A DNA stretch of 63,766 nt, counting the filler, from Piptocephalis cylindrospora (Eukaryota): the NCBI GenBank assembly GCA_003614145.1. It is 9 parts of 9 records of this genome, joined end to end, with 100 filler letters (N's around TTAATTAATTAA, not from the genome) between each part and the next. Parts side by side here need not be neighbours in the genome. Positions count along the whole stretch, not along the records: positions 7,139 to 14,166 come from KZ988236.1; positions 14,267 to 21,285 come from KZ988237.1; positions 21,386 to 28,401 come from KZ988238.1; 6 more parts are not named here. One strand, 5' to 3'. A program made the position numbers and the translations under genes. Each line of letters opens with the position of its first letter. Position 1 is the stretch's first letter. The notes under the pieces are model-generated. The model was not told the DNA's origin. It saw nothing but the letters and a program-made list of their open reading frames with translations, and ran no database searches. This document shows positions 11,649 through 22,878 of the stretch, one piece after another.

Positions 11649-13033
11649 GTTATAATGGGGGACAATAAAAGGATAAATATAAGGATTGTTTCTATTACTA
11701 TGAACCCATTAACAATCCATCCTCGTTTTATATTCTAAGATACGACAGCGTTCTAAAAGATCCAATGCTATAGGGTACTGGAATGCTAATATGAAAGGAT
11801 ACGAGAGATAGCATATATGTCCGAATACTTTCCAATTACTTTCCAAGATAGCTCTTTTATACAAAGAAACTGGGAAAAAAATTCTGATGAGGATGGTGTG
11901 CGATTCGTGTCGCGAGGACAACCATCACTGAAATTGATTATGTCAATTTCGACAGTAAAATGATCCATTCCCCTATTCAATCCCGGGCAGACAAGGAAGC
12001 GAGTATTCCTTCATCTATCTCGAGTTGATGTTTTGAACAATGCGTTCATCCGTCCATCAAAGTTTCTTACCCAGGCCATGCCTAACTCTAATGCATTGGG
12101 ATTGCTGTCAACCAAAAAGTTCCATTGGCAGCTCCCTAACTGTCTAGGCCATCTTACCTATATACTGAGAATTCGACTTGTCCACCTATCACCCATTAGG
12201 CCATCCACCTGTCGGGAGCTCTGCCGGTGGTTCCTGTGGAGCCCGCCACAAGCCACATCTCATGATGGTCCACAGTGCTCCAGTACCGAGATGTCAAATG
12301 ATCTCTTAGACCTGCCACCTTCCTGTTCGCCATTATCTCATGTCGTCCGGCTCACGCCTTAGTCATAATTTTACCATTACAAGTTCATCCCATATCCTTG
12401 AACTGCCTATTCTAGCAGAACTATGAATGGGAGTATATATTATTGGCAATAATACGTCTTGGCGTTTCTTGCCGCCCGCTCCACTTCACTCCCCATTCAC
12501 CTGCTGACCGAGCCATCTGTTCCTGTCCGCGCTAACTCCGACCCCATCAATCACACGCTCTCGATCGGTATAGCCATCCACAAGGTCGCTTCTGGGACCG
12601 TAGCCTCATTCCTTCCGACGCACTCTGTGAATATCCACAGCCTTGGAGACGGGCCAGCAGTCAAGATACACAAACGAACCTAGGTCATCCTTGCGTCCTC
12701 TCTCCCTCTCCCCTTACAAGATCCTTTGATCCTAGTAAGGTTCCAGAGGTTGTTTCTTCCTATCGTTGAGGAGCTATTTCTTTCTACAAAAAGGGGCCAC
12801 TCTTTTCCTTTTCAGCCTTAGATTCCCCCTTCACCCTGGTCACTGCCTTGTCTTATCACTCCCCCACGCTTTCTCCATCGCATCCAAGTCATTCTTTCTT
12901 CCCCCATCATTTTAGGCCAACTTTTTGTCCTTGTATACCCCTCCCTCCCTTCCCCATCCTATCCATTGGTGATTCATTCCCTCGTTCATTGCGTTGTGAC
13001 CCTTCCTCCCCATCTAAGCACACCTACTCGCAT

Positions 13034-14035
13034 ATGCATTTCTCTTGGCCAAGGCGATACTCCACACATCGTTCCACTTCCACCACCCGTTCGGCTCCCA
13101 CAGCATCTCGATCACCATTTTCAACATTAACAGCCACTCTGGCTCGGCGTTTCCGTAACACATGGCCCAAATCCTCCTCTCCTCCGAGCTCCTCGGGTAC
13201 ATCTTCCTCCGCCTCCTCAATCTCATCCATTTCCCTTCCTGTAAAAGCGGCATCGGAAAAGGTGATAAGTGTAGAGAGGAGCAACCCTCCGTCATGGGCT
13301 AAGGCTTTTCGATCCCCTCCGGCCTCTCCCTCCATCAGCCCCTCGACCACCTCCAGGGTCACCACCTCCACTGTCTCAAGCGGACCTTTTGGCACACCTC
13401 CCCCAAAGCGACAGAGACGCCACCCCCCACCTTTCCCCTCAGCAGCCCCCGTGATCCAGGTACCCCGGTACAAAGTGGTAGTGGTGGGAGATGGGTTCGT
13501 GGGAAAGACGTGTCTCCTGCACACCCAAGCTCACGGAGATTTTCCAAAAGGATATGCTCCGACTGTCTTTGAAAATTACATCCTGCCCCTACCGGCATCC
13601 GGGGTCCAGTCTAGTCCGGTCGAGCTCTCCCTGTGGGACACGGCCGGTCAGGAGGATTACGATAGGCTTCGGCCTCTATCTTACCCTGGAGCCTCGGTGT
13701 TTCTCCTGTGCTACGCCGTGGACAATTTGGTGAGTCTGCGTAACCTCTCCGAGCGGTGGATCCCTGAGGTCCGTCATCACTCTCCCCGTACGCCCATCCT
13801 ACTAGTGGGCCTCAAGGGGGACCTTCGAGGGGATCCACGTGTTGACCGGCCCATGGTTCGTATGGAGGATGTTCTGGATCTCGCAGACCGCTCCGGGGTC
13901 ACGGGCCATCTTGAGTGTAGCGCATGGAGTAGGCAGGGACTTGATCAAGTGTTTTCTCAGGCGGGTCACATTGCGTATAAGGAGGCTCATAGCAAGCATT
14001 GGGTCAGGAAGAAAGGAGAGTGCAGGGTTTTATGA
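13034..14035 (+). CDS. Rho-family GTPase with a long Ser/Pro-rich N-terminal extension (Rho4-like)
   Basis: YKVVVVGDGFVGKTCLL, YAPTVFENY, WDTAGQEDYDRLRPLSY, LVGLKGDLR, ECSA, polybasic tail with CAAX (KKGE-CRVL). First ATG at 13034. Confidence 0.92.
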   Translation: MHFSWPRRYSTHRSTSTTRSAPTASRSPFSTLTATLARRFRNTWPKSSSPPSSSGTSSSASSISSISLPVKAASEKVISVERSNPPSWAKAFRSPPASPSISPSTTSRVTTSTVSSGPFGTPPPKRQRRHPPPFPSAAPVIQVPRYKVVVVGDGFVGKTCLLHTQAHGDFPKGYAPTVFENYILPLPASGVQSSPVELSLWDTAGQEDYDRLRPLSYPGASVFLLCYAVDNLVSLRNLSERWIPEVRHHSPRTPILLVGLKGDLRGDPRVDRPMVRMEDVLDLADRSGVTGHLECSAWSRQGLDQVFSQAGHIAYKEAHSKHWVRKKGECRVL

Positions 14036-14166
14036 AGGGGATGCGCTTTGGAGTACAATGAATCCAAGGAAGAAAATCTGGCCGGCGCACTGGAGGCATA
14101 CAATCAGGTATGCATGAGGAACCAATATGGCTCGGTCAGCAGGTGAATGGGGAGTGAAGTGGAGCG

Positions 14167-14266
14167 NNNNNNNNNNNNNNNNNNNNNNNNNNNNNNNNNN
14201 NNNNNNNNNNTTAATTAATTAANNNNNNNNNNNNNNNNNNNNNNNNNNNNNNNNNNNNNNNNNNNN
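14167..14266. other. Artificial contig linker
   Basis: N44-TTAATTAATTAA-N44. Confidence 0.99.
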
Positions 14267-16510
14267 AAAGGCGTGCCAAGTGGACCAAAAGGACGGGACA
14301 GTGCGGGGGTCGCAGAGCTGAGAGGCGTGAGCGTAAATGGCGCGAGCACGATCGATCTCGCCCAGACGGATCTCGAGATCGGCATACGATAAGGACATGT
14401 CCTTGGCCTGGGCATCGGGGAGGCGGGAGATGGCATCCTCGTGGATCTCGCGGGTAGAGGCCAGACCAAAGGCGGTTGCGGCCTTTGCAATGTAGTACTT
14501 GTACATTTCCAGACGATCATCGGGGTCGACGGCTCTGGTGGCACGATCATAGATACGGAGGGCATGACGACCGAGACCATGATCCTCCTCCATCTTACCG
14601 TAGAGGCGATAAAGGGACTTGACATACTTTGCAGGGCACTTGGTCAAAGCCTGTTCAAAGAGATCTCTGGCGCGGTCGATCTTATTTCCGGCGTAACGAT
14701 GAATAAATTTAGAGAGGTAGATGTTCCAGATTTCAAAGGCAACCGGGTAGGGGAAAAGGTCAACACCCTTTTCATAGACCTAGGTGGGGTGGGATAGAGG
14801 GTGAGTGAGATGGGATGGGATGGGATGGGATGAGGTAGTATGGGGAACAAAAGGAAACTGACCCTAAAACTATCCTCATAATAAGAGGCATCCTGAAGGA
14901 ACTGGGCATAGTTGATGAGGATTTGAGGGGTGGCAATACGAAGATGAAGGATGCGTTCGTAAATGGCTTTCGTGGACTCGACCGTACCATTGCTCTCCTC
15001 AAGGTCGGCATAAAAGGACCAGAGACGTAGGGACTTGAAGAGGCGTTTGTGGGGGGGGGAGGCGATCATCCTTGTAATCGATGGAAGGGGCCTGACGGGG
15101 AGCAGAGGTGGCCTCGGCAAGGAGGGCAATGGCATTGGGGACTTGACCCTGTCTAACCTCCATCTCGGCCCATTCGCACCAAACATCGGCGAGCTCCTTG
15201 ACGGAGCGGTAGGAGACGTTGACGGCGGAACGCATAACGTCCCTGGCTTCGTCGAGACGATCAAGATGTTCTAGATGACGCATCCAAGCAACATACAGAT
15301 CGGACAGGGGGCCGGAGGCCTTTTTGGGTTGGATGGTTTGGATAGCGTTGGTGAATTCGGCCTCCCTGGCAGAGTGAGCATCCTCGGGATGTAGGTTGAC
15401 ACGGGAAAGCCATTCGGTGGCATCATGAGGATTCTTCCGTAGACGGACATCGCTGACGAGGAAGGGTCTACGATCAAGGAGACGGGAGAATCGGGCCATC
15501 CTCCAGTCGACACCGACGTCTTCGTCTGATTGATTGTCCTGGAGATGCTCCATATAGGAGGAGAGGATAGATTCTTCAAAGGCGGCGTAGGCGTCGAAGA
15601 TGAGGGTAAAGTCACGGACGGTGGTGACGTGGGAAATGCCCTCTTCGTAGGTATCACGTGCACGATCGAGGAATCCGAGACGAACCCAGTACTGGGCCAG
15701 AGCGCACCAGAGCCTACCGGCCTGATCTGGGAAGGCGCTGGCGCCGGACCGGAGAATGACTTCGGCATTCAGATGAGGAGGGAGGCGATTGGGGTGTTCG
15801 GAGATGAGTTGGCACAGGAGAATCCAGAGCTGATGGGGGGCACGGCCCTGAGCGGAACGAAAGGTGGGGTCGTGGATGAGACGGTGGAGCTCGGTGATGA
15901 CATCGGACCAGCGATGCTCTTGAAGCAAGAGATCAACAAGGTCTTCTGCAGTATGGGGATGGAGACGAAGGTAGCGACGCTGAACGTGGATGGCGGTGAG
16001 ACCGCCGGCACGGTCCTTGGCCCAGGGAAGGTAGAGATCCCAGATGCGAGGGTGCTGGGTGAGAGGAAGGGCCCGGAGGGCACGGTCAAAGGCCTGGCGG
16101 ACTTGGGTGATGCGTGGTTGAAGGGAGAGGAAGGAAAGATAGTCAGTCCAGAGCCTTGGGGCCTTGTGTAGGGTAAGGAGGGCTCTTTCATAGGCGTGGT
16201 TTAGGGATTGATGGGCGTCCTGGTTGAGGAGGTAGGGCAGGTGTTGAAGGGAGGAACGACGGCGATCAAGATAGGCCTTCCAAAGCTTGTAGGACGAGGG
16301 TAGGGCTTTAACGGCTCGTTCATACAAAGTGTTGATTCGGTCCTCGGCCTCAGCGTCCTTCTCCTCTATGGTATCCTCCAAGTAGTTTAGCCAGTGCCTT
16401 AGGGAATAGGGATGGCGCTGAAGCTCCTCCTCATGAGCCAAGTCGGTCTCCCTAATGTGAAAAGTTTTTAGGCTGAGAGCCTCAAGGTCCTTGGAAAGTT
16501 GGGTCGGCAT
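14267..16510 (-). CDS. SYF1: Pre-mRNA splicing factor SYF1/XAB2 (HAT repeats); intron 14780-14862; +1 frameshift at the G9 run 15051-15059; 3'-truncated
   Basis: LYERAVKALPSSYKLWKAYL, FDRALRALPLTQHPRIW, TVRDFTLIFDAYAAFEE, KSLRLWSFYADLEES, LRIATPQILINYA, LGEIDRARAIYAHASQLCDPR. Confidence 0.95.
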
Positions 16511-16643
16511 AGGATGGAAGGAGAAGGATGAGGAACGACAGGGTGTAGGTTTGGGTGTGATGGGGAGTCGCGCCCAGAAGATATGGGTTTTGTGGGTAGA
16601 TGCGGAGAGATTTATTTTTGTTGATTTTTAGTGAAGATTCAAT

Positions 16644-17084
16644 ATGGATGGCCTGCTTAGGGATATGACTCTACCTGATGCCCGAATCCTCTCCCCCTCC
16701 CTCCCGATGCTATGTTGTCTTACTCCGTATCGCATCGCCTCTATGGTGGCCACAGACCAGTATCCCCCCCTCAAAGGAAAGACCATCATCGACGCGTGGG
16801 CAGTCCTGTCTGGTGTAGTTCTCCGGGCCATTTGGCTTCAGAGGAATGGCTGAGCCTTGAATGACACGGCCTACAATGTCAATGCAATCGTCAAGCGCCT
16901 CTCTTCTAGTCTAAGGCTTTCCCTCTCTTCCCGCCTGGCGTGGCTTAAATCATATCCTGAAGACCTTGGGGCCTTTAAAGAAGTCTGGAGTAAAATGTCT
17001 GAGCTCATTTGTGTAGATCCTGCTACTGAGTTTCCTGCCCTGATCACTCCCCTCAGTCTGCGACAAGGGCGTGAATTCGTGTAG
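16644..17084 (+). mobile_element. Degenerate 3' end of a non-LTR retrotransposon (L1/Tx1-like ORF2 C-terminus) with an in-frame TGA
   Basis: Two ORFs in one frame join across a single TGA (16851-16853): WAVLSGVVLRAIWLQRNG*ALND...AFKEVWSKMSELICV. This resembles the IWxxRN and terminal FxxxW...lC motifs of L1/Tx1 ORF2. AATAAA lies ~30 nt after the stop. Confidence 0.55.
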
Positions 17085-19689
17085 TCTTTTGGGTACATTT
17101 TCCCCATGAGACAATAAATTTTTCAACAACGACCTACCTAATGCTTTTAGGAAAAAGGAGGTATGCAGGCCTTCATCGGCACATTTTTGTTGTATATATG
17201 TAGGAGTATGACATTCTTGATGCTGTTTAGATATGCGTGGACCCCAAAAGGGCCTCAAAGATTGGTAGAGTAGGGTATGAGTTACATCCTGGGAGAGGGG
17301 ACATGGCTCCATGGAGTAGGCCGATGTATTTTCACTAGGAAGATGCAGTACCATGACCTTGGGATGATAAGGGCAATTGCCCGTTGTCCATGGTGTCATC
17401 CGAGCGGACGATTCGGCCTCATTCGTTTGCCATTGGTGTCCTATAGGACGGTGTATCACCTGGGACCTTAGACAAAGAGGGAGGTGGGGACTGCTGTTGC
17501 ATAGGATACGACGCGTTATACACAGAGAAAGAGCACTCTTTGGATGGTGCTGCCTCCGCCTTGTTAAGCTTGGTAGCTGGCTTAAGATGTGAATGGCGTG
17601 TATCCTATGCTGTGTAGCATATGATGGATGTGCACTGAAAGAGAGAGCGTGTGGTTGTAGTGCAACCCAGGTTGGACCGGGTAACTCACGACTCTTTATC
17701 AGGCATGTCGCGTAGATTGTTGGGTGGGGAAAGTGGATAGAGGAAGGGAAGGAGAGGGAGGAGGCACGCCTCTTGCGTGTCTGTGTCTATGTGTGTGGGG
17801 AAGGATGATCAGCGCCTCCCTCACTCTCTCCCCTCCCTGCACACGACGGATTCCATATTGGAATTCCATGCCATGTTCCCACATCAGCCTTCTCGCGCAT
17901 GACTTTTTCCCTTTTACATCGTCATCAGTCCAGTTGGACCCCACTCCCCATCATCTTTGTGTGATCTACACCTTACCAGACGACCTTTCCAGGACCCAGG
18001 GAGGGGTGGCTTGACAGAAGGAAAGAGATGATGATGTAGGGTTGACGATAGGCTTTTATGATGGCGGATCATTCTTTTGATGGTAATGGATGAGGAGGGA
18101 GAATGAGAGGGATTTGACCTCGTCGTCTCCTCATGCCTCAATGGCCATGCTCTGCCCCTCATGGCCCAGTTCCCATGCCTTGTTCCCATGGCATAATGAC
18201 CCTACCCTAGTATCTTGAAAGGGGTAGAAATAGGAACCTTTTCAGAAAGCATTTATCCTAGTCAACTCTCAGCCTTGCGTATTTCAAAGTCAGATCCTGC
18301 GCTTTTGTTGATTTCAAGGTCAGACCTCTCACTCGTCCCAGACCGGATTCGAGGCCCGAAGGCAAGATCACTTTAGTTTACCCTATCCTGTCCTGCCCTG
18401 TCCAGGCCCCAATCCCTCTCTGTTTCAAGCTCCGTTCATGAGTATGGGAATGGGAAAGGATGAGAGGAACAGAGCACATGATGTGTGGGAAGGATCCTTT
18501 CTCCGTCAAGTCCGAGCGGAGCTTCAGGGTCCCTTGTTGCGGAGTCTATAGCGGAGGTGGGGGCCATGAAATATCATTTCCCCAACAGATCATAGACACA
18601 GACTAGAGATCCTTGCTACACGTATTGAGGCAGGGAGGTCTACCACCACGATTACTCCTATTACTCCTGCCACCATCATCATCATCACACCATCCTTCCC
18701 TCTCCCAGCCCATTGCTGGTAGTACTGGGTTGATCCTTTCGCAGTCCACTTTCACCACGCTTTCAAATGTTGGAGGGTGGAGATCTGGGGCATCAAGGTG
18801 GTATGATGGCTATAGGCCACATGAATAGACAGTGGGGCCATTTTTCACTGTGAAAGGCACGAGCAGTCTCCAATTCTCTCCCCTCTCCCCCCTCCCCTCG
18901 GTTCAAATCAATACACCCTTCTATTTGGGGATGCTACGACTGAGACTACTCACATATCTCAACTTTGTGCCCTGTGTGATGTCTTGGAAAAAAAAGAAAG
19001 AGACTCCCTTAAACTGGGCCAATCCCCATACCATCACATACACACAGCCTTTGCCTCATCTCCTGCCATTTACTCTCCTAGTCCAGGCGACAGAGTACAA
19101 ATTAGCCAAGGAGAGGGGGCGACGGCCCCCACACACATACACCTCGTGTAGCAGCCACACATTTGTGCGGCGATAGGGCCGCCCAGCGAAATTTGCAGGT
19201 CCCAGGTGTTCCAGCCCATTGGACAAGCCTCTCTCAGGATATACAGTGAGGAGGGGGCTACGGGGCAAGTGTGACCATTACCCACTCTCACACATGGAAA
19301 TAGGGTAAAGTCAATGGTGTAGTAGTAGTGAGGGGAATATAATTGAGGAGTAATAACCAGGCCAAGAAAGAACTAGGGCTGAGCCGTAGAGGCCTGGTTG
19401 GTCAAGTGCAGTTTTTTCCACCGAATTCTCCCATTTCTGGTCCTCCCCCTGCTTATGAGTGAAGGGGGACGGAGGGCAATTTCTTGGCTACATCCTGTGC
19501 TTCACACACGCAGTATCAGGTCACCCAGACACTCCCAATCTAAATCACAAGATGACGAGCGGACAGCCTAGATCACTCTCCCTCTCCTCCCTAAGCTGGG
19601 AGCGAGACAAAGACGCGGGTAGAACCTCCCCTTCCTCACCGCGCTCTTCCAAGCTGAGATTGTAGCGGGGCTACAGTCCACTCTCAAAG

Positions 19690-19697
19690 TATAAAAG
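19690..19697 (+). promoter_or_regulatory. Putative TATA box of KHA1
   Basis: TATAAAAG ~150 nt upstream of the ATG, followed by a CT-rich tract. Confidence 0.5.
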
Positions 19698-19838
19698 GTT
19701 AGGCCACATTCCTTCTCCCCAAGGGGAGGGTACTTTAGACGCGATTCACCTCACCTTTTATCTTCATAACGTCCGTCGTTTTTACCCCTTCCTTACTTTT
19801 CTCCCACCTCCCCACTCCTCCTCCCCCCTTTCCTCTCA

Positions 19839-21285
19839 ATGGCTGGGTCAACCTCGGCTGGGATCATCTCTGGGATGAATCCCTTGGAGTTCACCTCCGC
19901 CAACCCCTTCCCCCTCTTCGCCATCCAGCTGTGTTTGATCCTCGTAGTCGTCCGTCTCGTCCACTACCCCCTCTCCTTCCTTCGTCAGCCCCGAGTCATC
20001 GCTGAGGTCGTCACCGGCATCATCCTGGGTCCCACCGCCTTATGCCGCGTTTCCGCCTTCAAGGATAACGTCTTCCCCGACGCTTCTCTCCCCTTCATCA
20101 ACCTCGTCGCCACCTTCGGTCTGGTCTTCTTTCTCTTTCTTGTCGGTCTCGAGCTTGATCCCCGTCACATGACCCGGAACGTCAAGAGGACCATGGCCGT
20201 TGCCGTTTCCGGAATGGCCGTACCCTTTGCCGCTGGTATGGGCGTCTCCATCCTCCTCTACCATTACATCCCCGAGGAGAATCGCGTCTCCCTAGGTTCC
20301 TTCCTCTTGTTCTGCGGCATCGCCATCTCCATCACCGCCTTTCCCGTCCTCGCCCGTATCCTCGCCGAGCTCAACCTCCTCAAGACTCCTGTTGGCTCCA
20401 TGACCATCTCCGCCGCCGCCGTCAATGACGCCGTCGCCTGGATCCTCCTCGCCCTGGTCATCAGTATCGTCAATGCTAGCAGTGGCATCAATGCTCTTTA
20501 CATCTTCCTCGTTGCCATCGGGTTTGTCCTCTTCCTCGTCTTTGTCGTCCGTCGTGGTGTTTTCTGGCTCATCCGTCGTCAGCCCGATATCGCTGAGAAC
20601 GGCCCCAACCAGCTCACCGTCATGATCATCTTCCTCATGGTCCTCATTTCCGCATTCTTCACCGATGTCCTTGGCATCCACCCCATCTTTGGCGGCTTCG
20701 CCGTCGGTGTCATCATGCCCCATGACTATGGGTTCGCCGTTAAGCTTACCGAGAAGATCGAAGATTTCATCTCCATCCTCTTCCTTCCCCTCTACTTTAC
20801 TCCCTCCGGCCTCAAGACCCAGATCGGTTTGATCAACGATGGTAAGGCCTGGGGTTACGTCGTCCTCGTCTGCGTCGTTGCCATCGGTGGAAAGGTCATT
20901 GGTTCTGCCGTCGCAGCCCGTAGCTTCAAGACCAGCTGGCGTGAGTCCCTTGCCATTGGCTTTCTCATGAATTGTAAGGGTCTCGTCGAGCTCATCGCCC
21001 TTAACCTCGGTCTCGAAGCCGGTGTCCTTGACGGTCGTACCTTTGCCATCCTCGTCCTCATGGCCCTCGTCACCACCTTCATCACCACCCCCATGGTCCT
21101 GTGGATCTATCCTCCCCATATCCAGAGACTCGCCCACCAAAAGTCCTCCGCCGTTCTCACCGACCATAACGCCGGATCCCGTCGTGGCTCCATGGCCACC
21201 AGCCATCGTACTAGCATCATGAACGAGGCTACCGCCTCTGGCCTGCGCGAGAAGCCCTCCAAGATGACTCTGAAGGATCGGTGGC
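19839..21285 (+). CDS. KHA1: K+/H+ antiporter, CPA2 family (3'-truncated)
   Basis: LRQPRVIAEVVTGIILGPTAL, FLFLVGLELD, SITAFPVLARILAELNLL, GIHPIFGGF, LPLYF, GFLMNCKGLVELI, LMALVTTFITTP. Confidence 0.93.
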
Positions 21286-21385
21286 NNNNNNNNNNNNNNN
21301 NNNNNNNNNNNNNNNNNNNNNNNNNNNNNTTAATTAATTAANNNNNNNNNNNNNNNNNNNNNNNNNNNNNNNNNNNNNNNNNNNN
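21286..21385. other. Artificial contig linker
   Basis: N44-TTAATTAATTAA-N44. Confidence 0.99.
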
Positions 21386-22432
21386 GTGGCAGGGGATATG
21401 GATTGGAGGACCCTAACTTCTGTTCATGAATCCCGCGAGCTACGCTCTCTCTACACCACCGCCCTTGGACATCTTCTAGAGGCTCGAAGGCTTCTTCCCA
21501 CCGACCCTTATCTACTCGCCGTGCACATGCACCTCTTACACGTTAAGGGCCAAAGGTCCGACGCAAAAAGGGTGGTGAAAGCAGCACTCCGGTCCAAGGC
21601 TCAAGACGTTGATACAGTTTATCTACAACTTCTTTACCTCTCCGCTTGGCAAGTCACAGGGACCTCCCCTACACCTAGTGTGAGCACTGCGGATGTTGGA
21701 GTCAAGACGGAGCTCAAAAAGGAGATCAAAGAGGAGGATAGGATCAAAGAGGTATGTGAGGAGGATATCAAGGAAGATGATAGAATCAAAGAGGCAAATG
21801 GGGAGAATATCAAGGAAGAGGAGGAGGAAGAGAAGAGGGATGACGGAACCAGGACTGGTAGCTCGCCACAGCATCACCATTTTCTTCCCTATTATCGATG
21901 GCTACGTGAGGATGTAGAGGCTGATCTACGAGGTATATTTATTCCCTATGTCCTCTCCCTCCTCCCTCTGCCAGATACTGTATCTTTTTTGCGAGAATGG
22001 AGAAAGGCTCAAAGGTTACTTGTCCAACGAATTGAAGCTTGGGACGAAGCGATTGGAGAATATCAAGAGAACGAGGCATCCTCCATGGAAGGATCCTTAT
22101 GGGTCCTTCTGGCTCAGATATCTCACCGAATTGTCCAATCTGTCCATCAGGAGGCCGAGGCTCAAGAGCAAGATTTAGCCTTTTGGTCACGGAGAGTTTC
22201 TTGGTGGCCCAAGCTTCTTTTCTCTTCCTGGCCTGGTTCAACGGAACACTCGAGTGTTCGAGAATTGTATGGAGGCCGATTGGCGTGCTCCCTCATCCTC
22301 CTTCCTTCCGTCCCCATCCCAGCTTGGGTATGCTCCCTCGTCTTGGGCTGGGAGGAGGGTGATGCGTGGTGTAAGGCACTTGGGATTCACTTGACCCCCA
22401 CTTCGGCTATATATTCCCAGGATCGAGCCTAG
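21386..22432 (+). CDS. C-terminal part of a TPR-like protein, possibly the RNA Pol I factor TAF1A/Rrn11-like (5'-truncated)
   Basis: TPR-like helices (ALGHLLEARRLLPTDPYLLAVHMHLL). FWSRRVSWWPKLLFS resembles the WxxRxxWWPxxHF motif I recall from TAF1A. Confidence 0.5.
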   Translation: MAGDMDWRTLTSVHESRELRSLYTTALGHLLEARRLLPTDPYLLAVHMHLLHVKGQRSDAKRVVKAALRSKAQDVDTVYLQLLYLSAWQVTGTSPTPSVSTADVGVKTELKKEIKEEDRIKEVCEEDIKEDDRIKEANGENIKEEEEEEKRDDGTRTGSSPQHHHFLPYYRWLREDVEADLRGIFIPYVLSLLPLPDTVSFLREWRKAQRLLVQRIEAWDEAIGEYQENEASSMEGSLWVLLAQISHRIVQSVHQEAEAQEQDLAFWSRRVSWWPKLLFSSWPGSTEHSSVRELYGGRLACSLILLPSVPIPAWVCSLVLGWEEGDAWCKALGIHLTPTSAIYSQDRA

Positions 22433-22878
22433 CGCACTTCTCACCTCTCATGCTACGCTCTAAATATCCTTTATGTACAATCATGATTGCTTATTGCACT
22501 CGCTCTAATAGACAGTATTTTATCCTTGTAGACTTTGTTGATGTTTACTCATGGGGGGATGCAATGTATCATAGGTGGGGGGAAGAGGGTATAAGACATT
22601 TACTTCGGCTCAGGATAGGTACACTGGCGCACTTTTAAAATTGAATGGGCCTCATGGCATGGATAAACCCCCCATTATTAATGGTATGGTAGCGCAGACC
22701 TAAACCTGATCCACCTTTTATCGGGTCGTGCCACACTCCTGATTCTCGTGGGCACCATCTCAGGCCTGCATGAATTGATGCCTCTACATCAGGAACCATA
22801 CCAGAGTCTTTCGGTTCGCACTCTTGAACCTAGGGACTGACACTTTCCTCATCATTAACGTTCACCAGATATCACATC

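Noticed and set aside
11930..11950. 8-bp inverted repeat GAAATTGA-N5-TCAATTTC
   Set aside because: Short and AT-rich; expected by chance in 64 kb and has no supporting context.
20292..21206. 304-aa antisense ORF over KHA1 (similar ORFs over PMA1, SYF1, ARG1 and APE2)
   Set aside because: Shadow ORFs produced by the strong C-ending codon bias of the sense genes; no independent motifs.
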